IMG/VR virus record: IMGVR_UViG_3300036761_003779 | Coordinates: 1 to 64,000 of that record | Reading direction: 5' to 3' (one strand) | Length of the DNA: 64,000 nucleotides | Source of the DNA: a virus | Part shown: piece by piece, positions 41,442 to 50,766 of the stretch | How the letters are laid out: the number at the start of each line of letters is the position of its first letter | How positions within the stretch are numbered: position 1 is the stretch's first letter | The notes under the pieces: generated by a model | Told to the model about the DNA's origin: nothing | What the model saw: the letters and a program-made list of their open reading frames with translations, nothing else | The model's database searches: none | Program-made: the position numbers and the translations under genes

Positions 41442-44288
41442 TTACACCACGTTTCTAGCCTGGACCCTCGCGAGGGAGAAGTTGCTGGGGTCGTTCTTGT
41501 CGGCGGCGGCAACCGCCGCCCAGCCACCCAGAACGGCGGCGGCACCGTCGAACGTGAGGTCCCCGATCGCCGTGCCCGTCAGGGTGATCGCGACCCCGGC
41601 GGTCTCCAGGTACACCTGACTCGCGTCCCGGGCGTAGACCCCGGAGAGGGCGTTCAGGCCCGTGATGGCGCCCTCGAAGTAGACGGTCGAGTTGCGGAGG
41701 TACACCCCGTGCGGGCTTCCGGAGAAGTCGCAGTCCTTGAAGGCCGCCGCCCCTCGGCTCATGTACACGCCGGGACTGGGCGGGGTCACCGAACCCCAGG
41801 GGATGAACCCACCGAAGAAGCTGTCGGAGTTCAGGTTGTAGAAGTCGGAGTAGGCGCCGTTGAAGTCCAGCTCCTTGATCCGGGTGCCGAAGCCGGTGAA
41901 GAACCCCGAGTTGTGCGCGGCGTTGAGGGCAGCGTGGTTGAAGAACCCGCCGTCGATGGTGTGGAAGCCGTCGTTCCACTCGTAGAGGGCGTCGAACATG
42001 GCGGTGACGCCGTCTCCACCCGAACTCCCCACGCCCGCCTGGTTGGCCGGGATCGTGACCGACAGGTCCAGCGTCGCGGGGTCGTACACCGTGAAACCCA
42101 GGGTGGTCCCGCCCTTGCAGAGGATGACCCCAAACCTCCAGATGGTGTACAGGTTCCCCAGGACGCAGGCGGACATCACCACGTCGTTCTTCCCTCCGCG
42201 CCCGCACACGTTGAAGGGCGCGAACCCCGTGAACGTGATCCGCTGGAAAAGAACGGTCCCATCCCCCTCCAGGGCGACCAAGTTGCCGAGGTGGTAGCTG
42301 AAGTCGTAGGGAGCGGGTGCCGTGAGGGCGATCTCGGTCGCAGGCTGGACGATGCGGAACGTGGCCCCGGGACCGGGGTCGACCGAGAAGAGTACAGTCG
42401 GGATGACGGTCGTGGCGATGTTGGCCCGGACGGTGCGGAGGTCCCCGAGCGCCGGACCGCTGGTGATCTCCACCATCAGACCCGTGAACTGGTCCACGGG
42501 GAATGTCAAGGTGGAGAGGCCGATCGACGTCAGGCTGTTGATGTCGGAGACCCAGGGGGAGCCGGCGTTGTCGGCAACCACGGTCAGGCCCGCGCCGCCG
42601 TCGACGAGGATGTGGGCGGTGTCGGCAACGTCCCGCTCGAGGGTGTCGTTCCAGGCCCAGTCGAAGCCGGGACCCTCCAGGTTGACGTGGACGTTGTGCC
42701 GGACGTAGTGGGGGATCTTGGCGTAGACCCCCGCCCTCGTCTGCACCGCCGTGGCCGGCGTCAGCCCGTCGTTGGCGTCGTCCCCCGTGACGCTGTTGGC
42801 GTAGAGTACCATGTCGGCGACGGTTGCGCTGTGGAACCCGGGGTCATTCTTCGTGACGTAAGGGTTGGTCGCGGCGGGGGTTCCATAGCTTCCAGCGAGA
42901 GCCGCCTTCTCCCCAGCGGAGGGATCGTTGGGGGTTCCCGTGAACGTCATCGAGCCGGTGCCAGCCACGTACCCCTCGACGTGGCTGTTGCGGAGCGTGA
43001 CGACGCCGTTGTTCGTGTGGGTTCCTCTCACGAAGCTGTCGTAGGCAAGGAGGGTGAGCCCGGCCGGAACCGTCACCGCGCCGGCCGCGCCCCACCGGCA
43101 CGCCTGCGGGGCCACGGTGTAGAGGGAGGTCCCGCCGATGGCGTACGAGACCGCTCCGCTCTGGAACACGCCGTTGGCGAGCAGCGTGCCGTCCTTGCCG
43201 GTCGACGGGATGGGCAGGGTGTCGTTCATCGTGAGGCTGAGCGCGCCCTGGAGCTGCCCGCCCGCGATGTAGGACCAGGCCACGTTCACGAAGGCGATGG
43301 CGCACTCGCTGTACGGGGTGTCCATCGAGAAGTTGTTCACGCAGGTCACGGCCAGCGTGCCGGTCCCCGTGAACTTGCAGTGGTCCCAGAACACGTCGTT
43401 GAACGCGCTCGCGGGTCCGGCTGGGCCGGTGATGACCACTGGCTTGCTGAAGATGAGCCCGCTCACCAGCAGAGCCTTGAGGTTGCTGTTCAGCGCGGCG
43501 GACTGGAGCGCGTTACCGGCGACCGGGTTGATGGACACGTAGCCGTCGGCCTGGAGCTTGAGGTACTGGAGACCGAGGTGCTCGAGGAGCAGGTTCTCCA
43601 CGTAGATGCCGGAGGCGATCTCGATGACGTGGTAGGCCGCCGAGCCCAGCGCGGCGACCGCGTTGATCGCCGCCTGGATGGTCTTGTACGGTCGCTCGGC
43701 GGACCCGTCGGCGGTGTAGACGTCCGCCCGGCTGCCGTCAACGTGGTGCTTGAACTGCTCCGGGAAGATCGTGTCCAGCTTGGTCCGGTACTCGTTCCCG
43801 GTGGCCGGCGTGCCGTAGGTTCCGGCCAACGCTGCTTTCTCCCCCGCGGTTGGGATCGTCGAAATTGCGTCCGCGCCCCCGTCCTCATGGTCGCTCCCGT
43901 GGGTGTCCGGGATCTGCGGGTCCGCCGCCTGCCCGGAGAGCCCCGCGATCGAGATCTCGTCCGCGCCTCCGTCCTCGTGCGTCGAGGCGTGGAGACCGGG
44001 CGCCGGGCCGGAGACGGTCAGGCCCGGCGTGCTGTACTCCGGTTGACCGTCCCACTCGTAGTCGACGCTGGCGGCCTGCGCCTGGAGCGCCGTGAAGTCC
44101 CCGGCCTCGAGCCCCCCGCTGACGCCGTTGATCGGGTCAACGGTCAGACTTGGGCGAAGCTCCGAGGTGACGTTGACCGCCTGCCCGCGCGCCGGTGGCG
44201 CCGCTGAGGCGGGTATCTTCGGTGCGGATGGTTTCCCGCGCGCCAGTGTCACCCGTGAGCCGGTCTTGTTGAAAGCGTACAGTGCCAT
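41442..44288 (-). CDS. Large virion/fibre protein with probable beta-helix domains
   Basis: DGSAERPYKTIQAAIN and GDDANDGLT motifs typical of beta-helix starts; internal repeats. Confidence 0.65.
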   Translation of the reverse strand: MALYAFNKTGSRVTLARGKPSAPKIPASAAPPARGQAVNVTSELRPSLTVDPINGVSGGLEAGDFTALQAQAASVDYEWDGQPEYSTPGLTVSGPAPGLHASTHEDGGADEISIAGLSGQAADPQIPDTHGSDHEDGGADAISTIPTAGEKAALAGTYGTPATGNEYRTKLDTIFPEQFKHHVDGSRADVYTADGSAERPYKTIQAAINAVAALGSAAYHVIEIASGIYVENLLLEHLGLQYLKLQADGYVSINPVAGNALQSAALNSNLKALLVSGLIFSKPVVITGPAGPASAFNDVFWDHCKFTGTGTLAVTCVNNFSMDTPYSECAIAFVNVAWSYIAGGQLQGALSLTMNDTLPIPSTGKDGTLLANGVFQSGAVSYAIGGTSLYTVAPQACRWGAAGAVTVPAGLTLLAYDSFVRGTHTNNGVVTLRNSHVEGYVAGTGSMTFTGTPNDPSAGEKAALAGSYGTPAATNPYVTKNDPGFHSATVADMVLYANSVTGDDANDGLTPATAVQTRAGVYAKIPHYVRHNVHVNLEGPGFDWAWNDTLERDVADTAHILVDGGAGLTVVADNAGSPWVSDINSLTSIGLSTLTFPVDQFTGLMVEITSGPALGDLRTVRANIATTVIPTVLFSVDPGPGATFRIVQPATEIALTAPAPYDFSYHLGNLVALEGDGTVLFQRITFTGFAPFNVCGRGGKNDVVMSACVLGNLYTIWRFGVILCKGGTTLGFTVYDPATLDLSVTIPANQAGVGSSGGDGVTAMFDALYEWNDGFHTIDGGFFNHAALNAAHNSGFFTGFGTRIKELDFNGAYSDFYNLNSDSFFGGFIPWGSVTPPSPGVYMSRGAAAFKDCDFSGSPHGVYLRNSTVYFEGAITGLNALSGVYARDASQVYLETAGVAITLTGTAIGDLTFDGAAAVLGGWAAVAAADKNDPSNFSLARVQARNVV

Positions 44289-44334
44289 TCTCAGCCTCTC
44301 TTTTCTTACGTGCTAGGGGCACGTTTTGCGCTGT

Positions 44335-44592
44335 CTAGGTGAGGTTCCCCATCGCGTCCCGCCAGTCGGTCCCGTCGGACCAGTTGGGAGCGCGGTCGTC
44401 CACGTTCCAGATCGAGGAGCCCGGCGGAACCTTGCTCGCGTCCGGTCGCGTTGCGTTGCTGTACACCCGGGCGTTCAGCTCGTTGAGGAGGCGCGGGAGG
44501 GTAAGCCCGATCGGTCGCGAATTTCCGCCCTCCGTGATGCCCTCCCCGCCGGCGAAATGGTTGTCCCTGAGTGGAAAGTTGAACTCTGGCAT
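44335..44592 (-). CDS. Small virion-associated hypothetical protein
   Basis: GGAGAG RBS; NATRP..WNV..PNWSDGTDWRD motif. Confidence 0.7.
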   Translation of the reverse strand: MPEFNFPLRDNHFAGGEGITEGGNSRPIGLTLPRLLNELNARVYSNATRPDASKVPPGSSIWNVDDRAPNWSDGTDWRDAMGNLT

Positions 44593-44674
44593 GAGGATTC
44601 TCTCCGTTTCTAGTGAACCTTGATGTCACAAGTATAGCCACACCCCCGGAACCGCCATGCTCGTAAATGTATCC

Positions 44675-45166
44675 CTAGCGGACCGCGGCCGCCGTCCCAG
44701 CGCAGATCCCGCCGCCAAGGAGGAGGCCCAGGCCCATCGTTAGGTAGCCGGACTTGTACCAGGGTTCGGAGACAGAGAGCCGCTCCAGGGACCGCTCGTA
44801 GAGCGCGGAGCGCCGGAGGAGGTCCCCCTCCAGGGCGGTCCGCTTCTCCCGCTCCGCGGTAAGCGCCGCGTCCGCCGTCTTCACCGTGGCCGCCGCACGC
44901 GCCGCCGCCTCCCGCTTGGCCGCCTCCAGCTCGAGGGCCAGTCGCGCGGCCCGGGCGTCCAGTTCCGCGAGCGTCCTGGCCAGCGCCGCCGGCGTCAGGA
45001 GGATGCCGGCAAACGGCGCCTTCTCCCCGGCCGCTACCATGGCCCGGCGGAGGTCCTCAGCCGCGGGGGGTGGGGTCGCCCCGCCCGAGGGCTCCGCCCA
45101 GGATCTCGTCCAGCCGGCGGAGCAGAGCGTCAGGATCGCCAGCCATGTCACGGTACTTCTGAGCAT
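44675..45166 (-). CDS. Exported membrane protein, possible spanin partner
   Basis: Signal peptide, coiled coil, C-terminal TM; overlaps the upstream gene out of frame. Confidence 0.55.
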   Translation of the reverse strand: MLRSTVTWLAILTLCSAGWTRSWAEPSGGATPPPAAEDLRRAMVAAGEKAPFAGILLTPAALARTLAELDARAARLALELEAAKREAAARAAATVKTADAALTAEREKRTALEGDLLRRSALYERSLERLSVSEPWYKSGYLTMGLGLLLGGGICAGTAAAVR

Positions 45167-45431
45167 TGTCCGCATCGAGCGCCTCCAGTCTCGTCTTCTT
45201 CCACTCCGCGATGTCACGGATCTCCGCCTCCAGCTCCCGGGCAACCCGCTCCGTCGCCTCCCGCCCCCGCTTCTCCGCGGCCGCCTCCGCCTCCAGGCGG
45301 GTCCGCTCGGAGTCGATCAGGCCGGCGCGGTCCACCGCCGGCGCCGCCTTCTTCCGGAGGAGAAGCCAAAGGCCGAGGAGCACCAGGCCCACGGCCCCGC
45401 CGCCCAGGAGCATCCAGCCCCACCAGGGCAT
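45057..45431 (-). CDS. i-spanin (Rz)-like protein
   Basis: N-terminal TM plus coiled coil; follows a holin-like gene. Confidence 0.55.
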   Translation of the reverse strand: MPWWGWMLLGGGAVGLVLLGLWLLLRKKAAPAVDRAGLIDSERTRLEAEAAAEKRGREATERVARELEAEIRDIAEWKKTRLEALDADNAQKYRDMAGDPDALLRRLDEILGGALGRGDPTPRG

Positions 45432-45432
45432 C

Positions 45433-46134
45433 TCAGCCCTCCTTCTTGGCCGGCGCGGCCGCCGGCTGGGTGGCCGGGAACATCGCCACCTTTTCCGCGA
45501 TGTCACGGATCTCCGCCTCCCGCCCCCGCTTCTCCGCGGCCGCCTCCGCCGCCGGCGTCGCCTTCGGGACCGCCGGCGCGGCGACCGCCATCGCGGACTC
45601 CGCCTCCGGGATCTTGGCCAGGATGAGGGCGCGGAGCTTCTCCTTGGCCTTCTCGGACCCCATCAGCTTGGCGTCCACGCTCCGGATCAGGTCGAAGGCC
45701 CACTCCTCCTTCTGCGCGCCCGTGCTCTTAGGCTTCCCCTCCCCGAGGGCGGTCGACGCCTTCTTCTCCGCGTACAGCGCCGCCTTCCCGGCCAGGCTGT
45801 CTAGAGTCGCCAGGTCCACCTTGATCCCCAGCTTCCGCAGGAGCAGGAACCCGAGCGCGGAGATGACCGGGACGAAGATGGCGAGCGCCGCGATCAGGAG
45901 GTCCACGAGGAGGGACTGCCACCAGCTCTGCTCCCCGGCCGCCTTGGGCGCCTCCGCCGCCGGCGTCGCCTTCGGGACCGCCGGCGCGGCCGCCGGCTGG
46001 GTGGCCGGGATCATCGCCACCTTTCCCTCGACCTTCAGTACCGCCGCCGGCTTGGCATCCGGCGCCGCGTTGGCCGCCGGCGCCGCGGCGATAAGGAGGG
46101 ACAGAATGGTCAGGACTACCAGCTTGCGTCTCAT
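45433..46134 (-). CDS. Holin-like membrane protein with signal peptide
   Basis: AAGGAG RBS; TM segment, then A..AALYAE..GAQK..A resembling LL-H-type holins. Confidence 0.55.
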   Translation of the reverse strand: MRRKLVVLTILSLLIAAAPAANAAPDAKPAAVLKVEGKVAMIPATQPAAAPAVPKATPAAEAPKAAGEQSWWQSLLVDLLIAALAIFVPVISALGFLLLRKLGIKVDLATLDSLAGKAALYAEKKASTALGEGKPKSTGAQKEEWAFDLIRSVDAKLMGSEKAKEKLRALILAKIPEAESAMAVAAPAVPKATPAAEAAAEKRGREAEIRDIAEKVAMFPATQPAAAPAKKEG

Positions 46135-46157
46135 GCGAGTTCTCCTTGTCTGGGGGT

Positions 46158-46391
46158 TCATGTCGACTCCCCGTAGGGCGGGTTGGGGGAGAGGTCTGCC
46201 TCGGCAAACGCCGTCCGGTCCTCCACCAGCCCGCGCCGGTTCTCCGCGTCCTTGACGTACTCGACCGTGACCCCGCGCCGGCACTGCGCGACGATGGTCA
46301 CTGCATGGCCCGTCAAGAGCGGGTCGTCTCCGAGGACTGGGGGGTCCCCGGTCCAGCGCTTCACGTTCACGTCCTTGCTCAGTGCGGCCAT
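46158..46391 (-). CDS. Hypothetical protein
   Basis: GGAGG RBS; MAALSKDV. Confidence 0.65.
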   Translation of the reverse strand: MAALSKDVNVKRWTGDPPVLGDDPLLTGHAVTIVAQCRRGVTVEYVKDAENRRGLVEDRTAFAEADLSPNPPYGEST

Positions 46392-46405
46392 ATGGCCACC
46401 TCCTC

Positions 46406-46693
46406 TCAGGTCACGTCGCCGTTGAAGGCGGTCCACTCCCAGAGCTTCACCCCGCCGCTCCAGCCCGACACGGGCGCGTAGATGGAGATCGGCGGGTCCC
46501 AGGTCAGGTGTTTCCCCGCCTTCTTGAAATGAGCCGGGTGCGCCGGAACGCCCTTCAGCCGGACCTCGTAGTCGTCCGGGAGGTCGTCCTTCACCGTGTG
46601 TTTGACCACCGTCCCGCGCTGCCCATGTCTCGTGGACTTCCCCGGCCCCGCCTCGAGGACCCGGGCGTCCAGCGCCTTCTCCGGCCTTGCCAT
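46406..46693 (-). CDS. Hypothetical protein
   Basis: AAGGAG RBS; MARPEKAL. Confidence 0.7.
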   Translation of the reverse strand: MARPEKALDARVLEAGPGKSTRHGQRGTVVKHTVKDDLPDDYEVRLKGVPAHPAHFKKAGKHLTWDPPISIYAPVSGWSGGVKLWEWTAFNGDVT

Positions 46694-46697
46694 CTGT

Positions 46698-49211
46698 CTA
46701 CTCCTTCGGCCCGGCAACGATGATCTCGTCCCAGACCTCCATGTGGTCTACCTCGAAGCGGCGGACGTTCGTCCCCAGGACGCCGACCTGGCTCACGTGG
46801 AGGAAGGGCTGAACCCGCTTGTCCAGCCAGTCGGAGGCGCCCAGGCCGGCGAGACGGATATTCAGGGCGCTCACGGAGGACATCCCGGTCATCCAGTAGC
46901 TGATCGAGTTGACGGAGGTGTCCACCTCGAAGTAGAACTCCAGCCAGCCGGAGTCGTTGTTCGTGTTCCCGGAGGAGTCGAAGGTGGCCGCCGGTGCGCT
47001 GTTGTCGACCGGCCCGCCGGTTGAGCAGCGGGAGAACAGCTCCCAGTTCGCGCCGACGTTAGCGGTGTCATAGACCCGGAACTGGATGCACTCCGTTGTG
47101 GTCAGGCTGTTGAAGATCCCGAGCCCGTACCAGACGCACTGGTTGACCTGAATGGGGCGCGCCCGGGCGTAGAAGCGGAGCCGGCGGTAAACCGCCCCGG
47201 AGGTCCGGAGGATCCAGCAAGCCGGCCCCTCCCAGGAGAGCCCGTCCCCGGAGGCAATCCCCGCCGTGTCGATGTGGAGGATGTCCCCCTGACCCTGCAT
47301 CCCGGTGCCAAAGATGTTCGTGTCGTTGAAGGAGGACGTCCCGCCGTTCCCCCAGGTTCGCGCCCACCACCGCTCGCTCCCCGGGAGCCCGATGGCCGAC
47401 TCCGCGTAGTCGAAGCGGTCGACGAAGCGGTGGACGTCCGCCATCCGGCCGAAGGGCGTCCAGCGCATGATCTCCGTCCCGCGCTCGTCGAAGAGCCCAA
47501 CCTGCCGGGTGGAGGGCTTCCCGAAGATGGGACCACTCGTCTGCTGCATTGGCTTGACGTTGAGCGCGTACTTGTCCGCCGCGCCCGACCCCTGAACCAG
47601 GGTCCGGAGGTCCAGGCCGCACTTCGTGTGAACCCCGGACTCCGCACCCACCGTCCCGATCCACTGCCCCAGTTGGAGGCGGCCACCCGGGCTCCCGTAG
47701 GCGGGCGCGTCGAAGTCGAGGCTCAGGAGGTCCCGCTGGTCCATCATCCCGGTCGTTGAGCTGATCCGGTTGTTCTTGGCGTTGACTAGCTTCCCGTAGC
47801 CGCGGCTCGGGGCAAGTGTGAGCATCGGCGTGCTGCTCCCGTTCCCGTCGATCCCGGGGAGGAGGAGCCCGAGCCAGTGGAGGATCGTCGAGGGTGCCGC
47901 GGAGGGCAGACCGTTGGAGAAGACCATGCGCGGCTGCATCACGGAAGCGACCTGACCGGTGAGTGCCGGCCAGGCCGGGGTGACTCCCGTCTGGAAGTCC
48001 CGGCATGCGACGGTGTTCGCCCCGACGCTGACGAAGGCGTACACGCCCGCGTAGGCGCCCGTCTTGAGCCAAATGAACTGAACGTCCTTGTCCAGGTACC
48101 AGGCCAACGGGTTGGCGGAGGCGAAGGTGATCGTGTCCCCGGAGATGCTGCAGTTCTCGTTCCGGATCCCCCCGAACTCCTGGCAGAGCAGGAGCGGGAC
48201 GGAGGAGACGTCCCCCATGAGGACCTCCAGGCTGAGCTGGAAGTAGTCGGTGCTGGCGAGCCGGCTGAGTCGGAGCTGCGCATTGTGGAGGTCGTCCGGT
48301 CCGGCGGAATCCGTGTTCATCTCCACCGCGCCGGCGTCCACCTCGATGGCGCGTCCGGAGCCCGCGGAGCCCGTACCGTCGTAGGCCAGGTCGAGGGTCG
48401 GCGGCATGAGGCCTGCCGTCACGTCGATCTGCCCCGCCGTGCTGAAGGCCACCGGCGTCCCGCCGGCACCCACGCCCGTCACCGAGCCGAGGTAGACGTA
48501 GGGATCCGTCACGCTCAGGTCCGTGTTCCTCCGGACCGTCACCCCGGTGGCCGCCGCCGTATAGTCGGTGGCCAGGACGGAGGCGGAGCCGCTCCCCTGC
48601 CCGAGGAGCCCGGTCGTCACGACCACGTTTTGTCCGCCGGTCCACTGCACCGGGAGGTCCCGCTCGATGGCAACGTCCTCCTCCACGGTCTTCGGGGAGT
48701 TCAGCCACACCGTGACCTTCCGGCCGGCGTGGGAGACCCCGGACTCGAAGAGGGCGTCCACCACGAAGCGGAGCGTCCCGGCCACCTCCGTTACGCTGTT
48801 CGGGTTCCCGGAGAGCCCGATCCGGTCCTCCAGCATGTCGTAGTCGAGGAGCCCGGTCCGCGGGTTCCGGTCGATCCCCGTCGGGGTGAGGCAATGCCGC
48901 ACGGCCGCGTAGTAGGTGACCCCCACCGTGTTCTGGAACTGGATCCCCGTCGCGTCCCCGGACGCGAGGGTGAGGATCAGGACGTGCCCCTCCCCGTCGA
49001 GGCACTCGACCGGGAGCGCGTCCACCTTGAACTTGTCCGCCCCGTCCGCGGAGAGGGTGGCGGTCCCGAAGACCCCGCGGCGGCCGCCAACCACCCGGTG
49101 GAGGGTCTCGTACAGCTCCTCTGCCAGGTAGTCAAAGAAGGTGTCCTTGAACCGCGTCTGCGGGAGGTGCCGCTTGTCCGCGAAGTTTGTCCTGAGGTTC
49201 CCGGTTGGCAT
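46698..49211 (-). CDS. Tail fibre/receptor-binding protein
   Basis: 837 aa, Gly/Thr/Ser-rich beta composition, follows the baseplate wedge gene. Confidence 0.6.
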   Translation of the reverse strand: MPTGNLRTNFADKRHLPQTRFKDTFFDYLAEELYETLHRVVGGRRGVFGTATLSADGADKFKVDALPVECLDGEGHVLILTLASGDATGIQFQNTVGVTYYAAVRHCLTPTGIDRNPRTGLLDYDMLEDRIGLSGNPNSVTEVAGTLRFVVDALFESGVSHAGRKVTVWLNSPKTVEEDVAIERDLPVQWTGGQNVVVTTGLLGQGSGSASVLATDYTAAATGVTVRRNTDLSVTDPYVYLGSVTGVGAGGTPVAFSTAGQIDVTAGLMPPTLDLAYDGTGSAGSGRAIEVDAGAVEMNTDSAGPDDLHNAQLRLSRLASTDYFQLSLEVLMGDVSSVPLLLCQEFGGIRNENCSISGDTITFASANPLAWYLDKDVQFIWLKTGAYAGVYAFVSVGANTVACRDFQTGVTPAWPALTGQVASVMQPRMVFSNGLPSAAPSTILHWLGLLLPGIDGNGSSTPMLTLAPSRGYGKLVNAKNNRISSTTGMMDQRDLLSLDFDAPAYGSPGGRLQLGQWIGTVGAESGVHTKCGLDLRTLVQGSGAADKYALNVKPMQQTSGPIFGKPSTRQVGLFDERGTEIMRWTPFGRMADVHRFVDRFDYAESAIGLPGSERWWARTWGNGGTSSFNDTNIFGTGMQGQGDILHIDTAGIASGDGLSWEGPACWILRTSGAVYRRLRFYARARPIQVNQCVWYGLGIFNSLTTTECIQFRVYDTANVGANWELFSRCSTGGPVDNSAPAATFDSSGNTNNDSGWLEFYFEVDTSVNSISYWMTGMSSVSALNIRLAGLGASDWLDKRVQPFLHVSQVGVLGTNVRRFEVDHMEVWDEIIVAGPKE

Positions 49212-49220
49212 GTCTTCTCC

Positions 49221-50756
49221 TTATGACGGCCCGCCGCCCGTCCCGTAGATCCCGATGGACATCTCCGGGCCGATCCGGACGGACTCGAGTGGGTGCCGGA
49301 ACATCTCCACGTAGGTAGCCGTGAGACGCTGGGACGTCCCGGCGGCCAGCTCCAGGCACCCGGAGACCAGAGCGGAGTCCGTGACCTCCCCCAGGTGCTT
49401 CCCGTCCAGCTCCGCCTGGATGAGGTTCCCGCCACCGCTGACCGGGGTCACGTCCACGGCAAAGGTGTAGTTCAGGTCGAAGTGGAAGACCGGGAGCGGG
49501 ACCGTCAGGAGGGAGGTCCGCGCGCCGGCCAGGACCCGATCGACCGTCACGGTGGCGCCGACCCCGCCCGTGGCGGTGAGGCGCAGCGCGTAGAAGTTGG
49601 AGGCGTCCTGGTGGTAAAAGCGGAACTCCCCCCAGCGCCCGACCACGTTCATCCCCAGCCGGAACCGCGCCAGGGCGTAGTAGTTGACCCAGGTCCCGGA
49701 GTTGTCCCGATCCACCCGGATCACGGAGTCCTCGACGCCGCTCAGGAGCTGGACCTCCCCCGCGTCCTGGTCCGAGGTCGCCTCCCCGGAGACAACGGTC
49801 CAGTCGAAGGTCCGCCGGAAGGAGTCCAGGAAGGTCACGTATCGGATGAAGATCCGCTCATTGGCCGAGCGGAGGACCCGGGTCAGGTTCTCGACCAGCT
49901 CCCGGTTCAGGTCCCCGTTGTCCGGGACCCGGAGGTCCGAGCAGTACTCGTCCGGGTCCACGCCCACCCGGTAGCTGTTCTCGAAGAGGGGCTCGCCCCC
50001 GGGCGCCAGGCCCAGTGCGACGGAGGGCGTGCTGACCTTGTTCTCCAGGGTCAGCGGATCCCAGTAGGAGGTGAGCGTGGCCACCACCCCCCGGGTCGTC
50101 AGACAGGTGACGCGGACCCGATGTGGGACCGCTTCCCCGCTCCCCAGGAGCCCGTTCACGCTGAAGTGGATTAGCCCGGGTCCGACCACCGTGACCTCGT
50201 CCGGCGGGATGGAGACCTCCATCCCCGGCGCGTCGATGAGCCACGGGTCCACGTCCGGGATCTCCTCGAAGCCCAGCTCCGCGGAGTCGACCAGGACCCT
50301 GAAGAGGAAGTAGTTGACGATCCGGACCTCCCCCACCATGACCGCCTCGAGGACCTCCTGGAGGCCCGCCTCCGTCCCCTTCCGCTTCCAGGTCCGGACG
50401 GCCATTGCGACGAGCCGCCGCAGCTCCGCCTCCGTGAGGTTCCCGGTGAGGTAGTCCAGGGTGGAGGTCAGGCCGACGAGCCACTTGACGTGCTTCAGCG
50501 CCGCCAGGGTGGTGTGCTCCACGTCGTAGAGGAGACGGAGGGTCTGAACCCGCTCGTACGTGTCCTCGAACTCGCTCTGCGCCGCCGCCAGCCAGCGGAG
50601 GATCAGCTCCCCTCCCTCCGCCTTGTCCGAGTCCCGGAGGGACTGGATGAGCATCATGTAGATGTCGTGCGGGAACGCCTCCGCCTCCATCGTCCGGTAG
50701 GCGATAAAGGAGATCGCGGAGGGGTCGATGGGATTGTTGACAAGGTCGGAGATCAT
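49221..50756 (-). CDS. Baseplate wedge protein (P2 gpI-like) with a C-terminal lectin-like domain
   Basis: L.H..WLVG..ELRRLV..A...WKRKGTEAGL motif. Confidence 0.7.
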   Translation of the reverse strand: MISDLVNNPIDPSAISFIAYRTMEAEAFPHDIYMMLIQSLRDSDKAEGGELILRWLAAAQSEFEDTYERVQTLRLLYDVEHTTLAALKHVKWLVGLTSTLDYLTGNLTEAELRRLVAMAVRTWKRKGTEAGLQEVLEAVMVGEVRIVNYFLFRVLVDSAELGFEEIPDVDPWLIDAPGMEVSIPPDEVTVVGPGLIHFSVNGLLGSGEAVPHRVRVTCLTTRGVVATLTSYWDPLTLENKVSTPSVALGLAPGGEPLFENSYRVGVDPDEYCSDLRVPDNGDLNRELVENLTRVLRSANERIFIRYVTFLDSFRRTFDWTVVSGEATSDQDAGEVQLLSGVEDSVIRVDRDNSGTWVNYYALARFRLGMNVVGRWGEFRFYHQDASNFYALRLTATGGVGATVTVDRVLAGARTSLLTVPLPVFHFDLNYTFAVDVTPVSGGGNLIQAELDGKHLGEVTDSALVSGCLELAAGTSQRLTATYVEMFRHPLESVRIGPEMSIGIYGTGGGPS

Positions 50757-50766
50757 GCGTCCCTCC

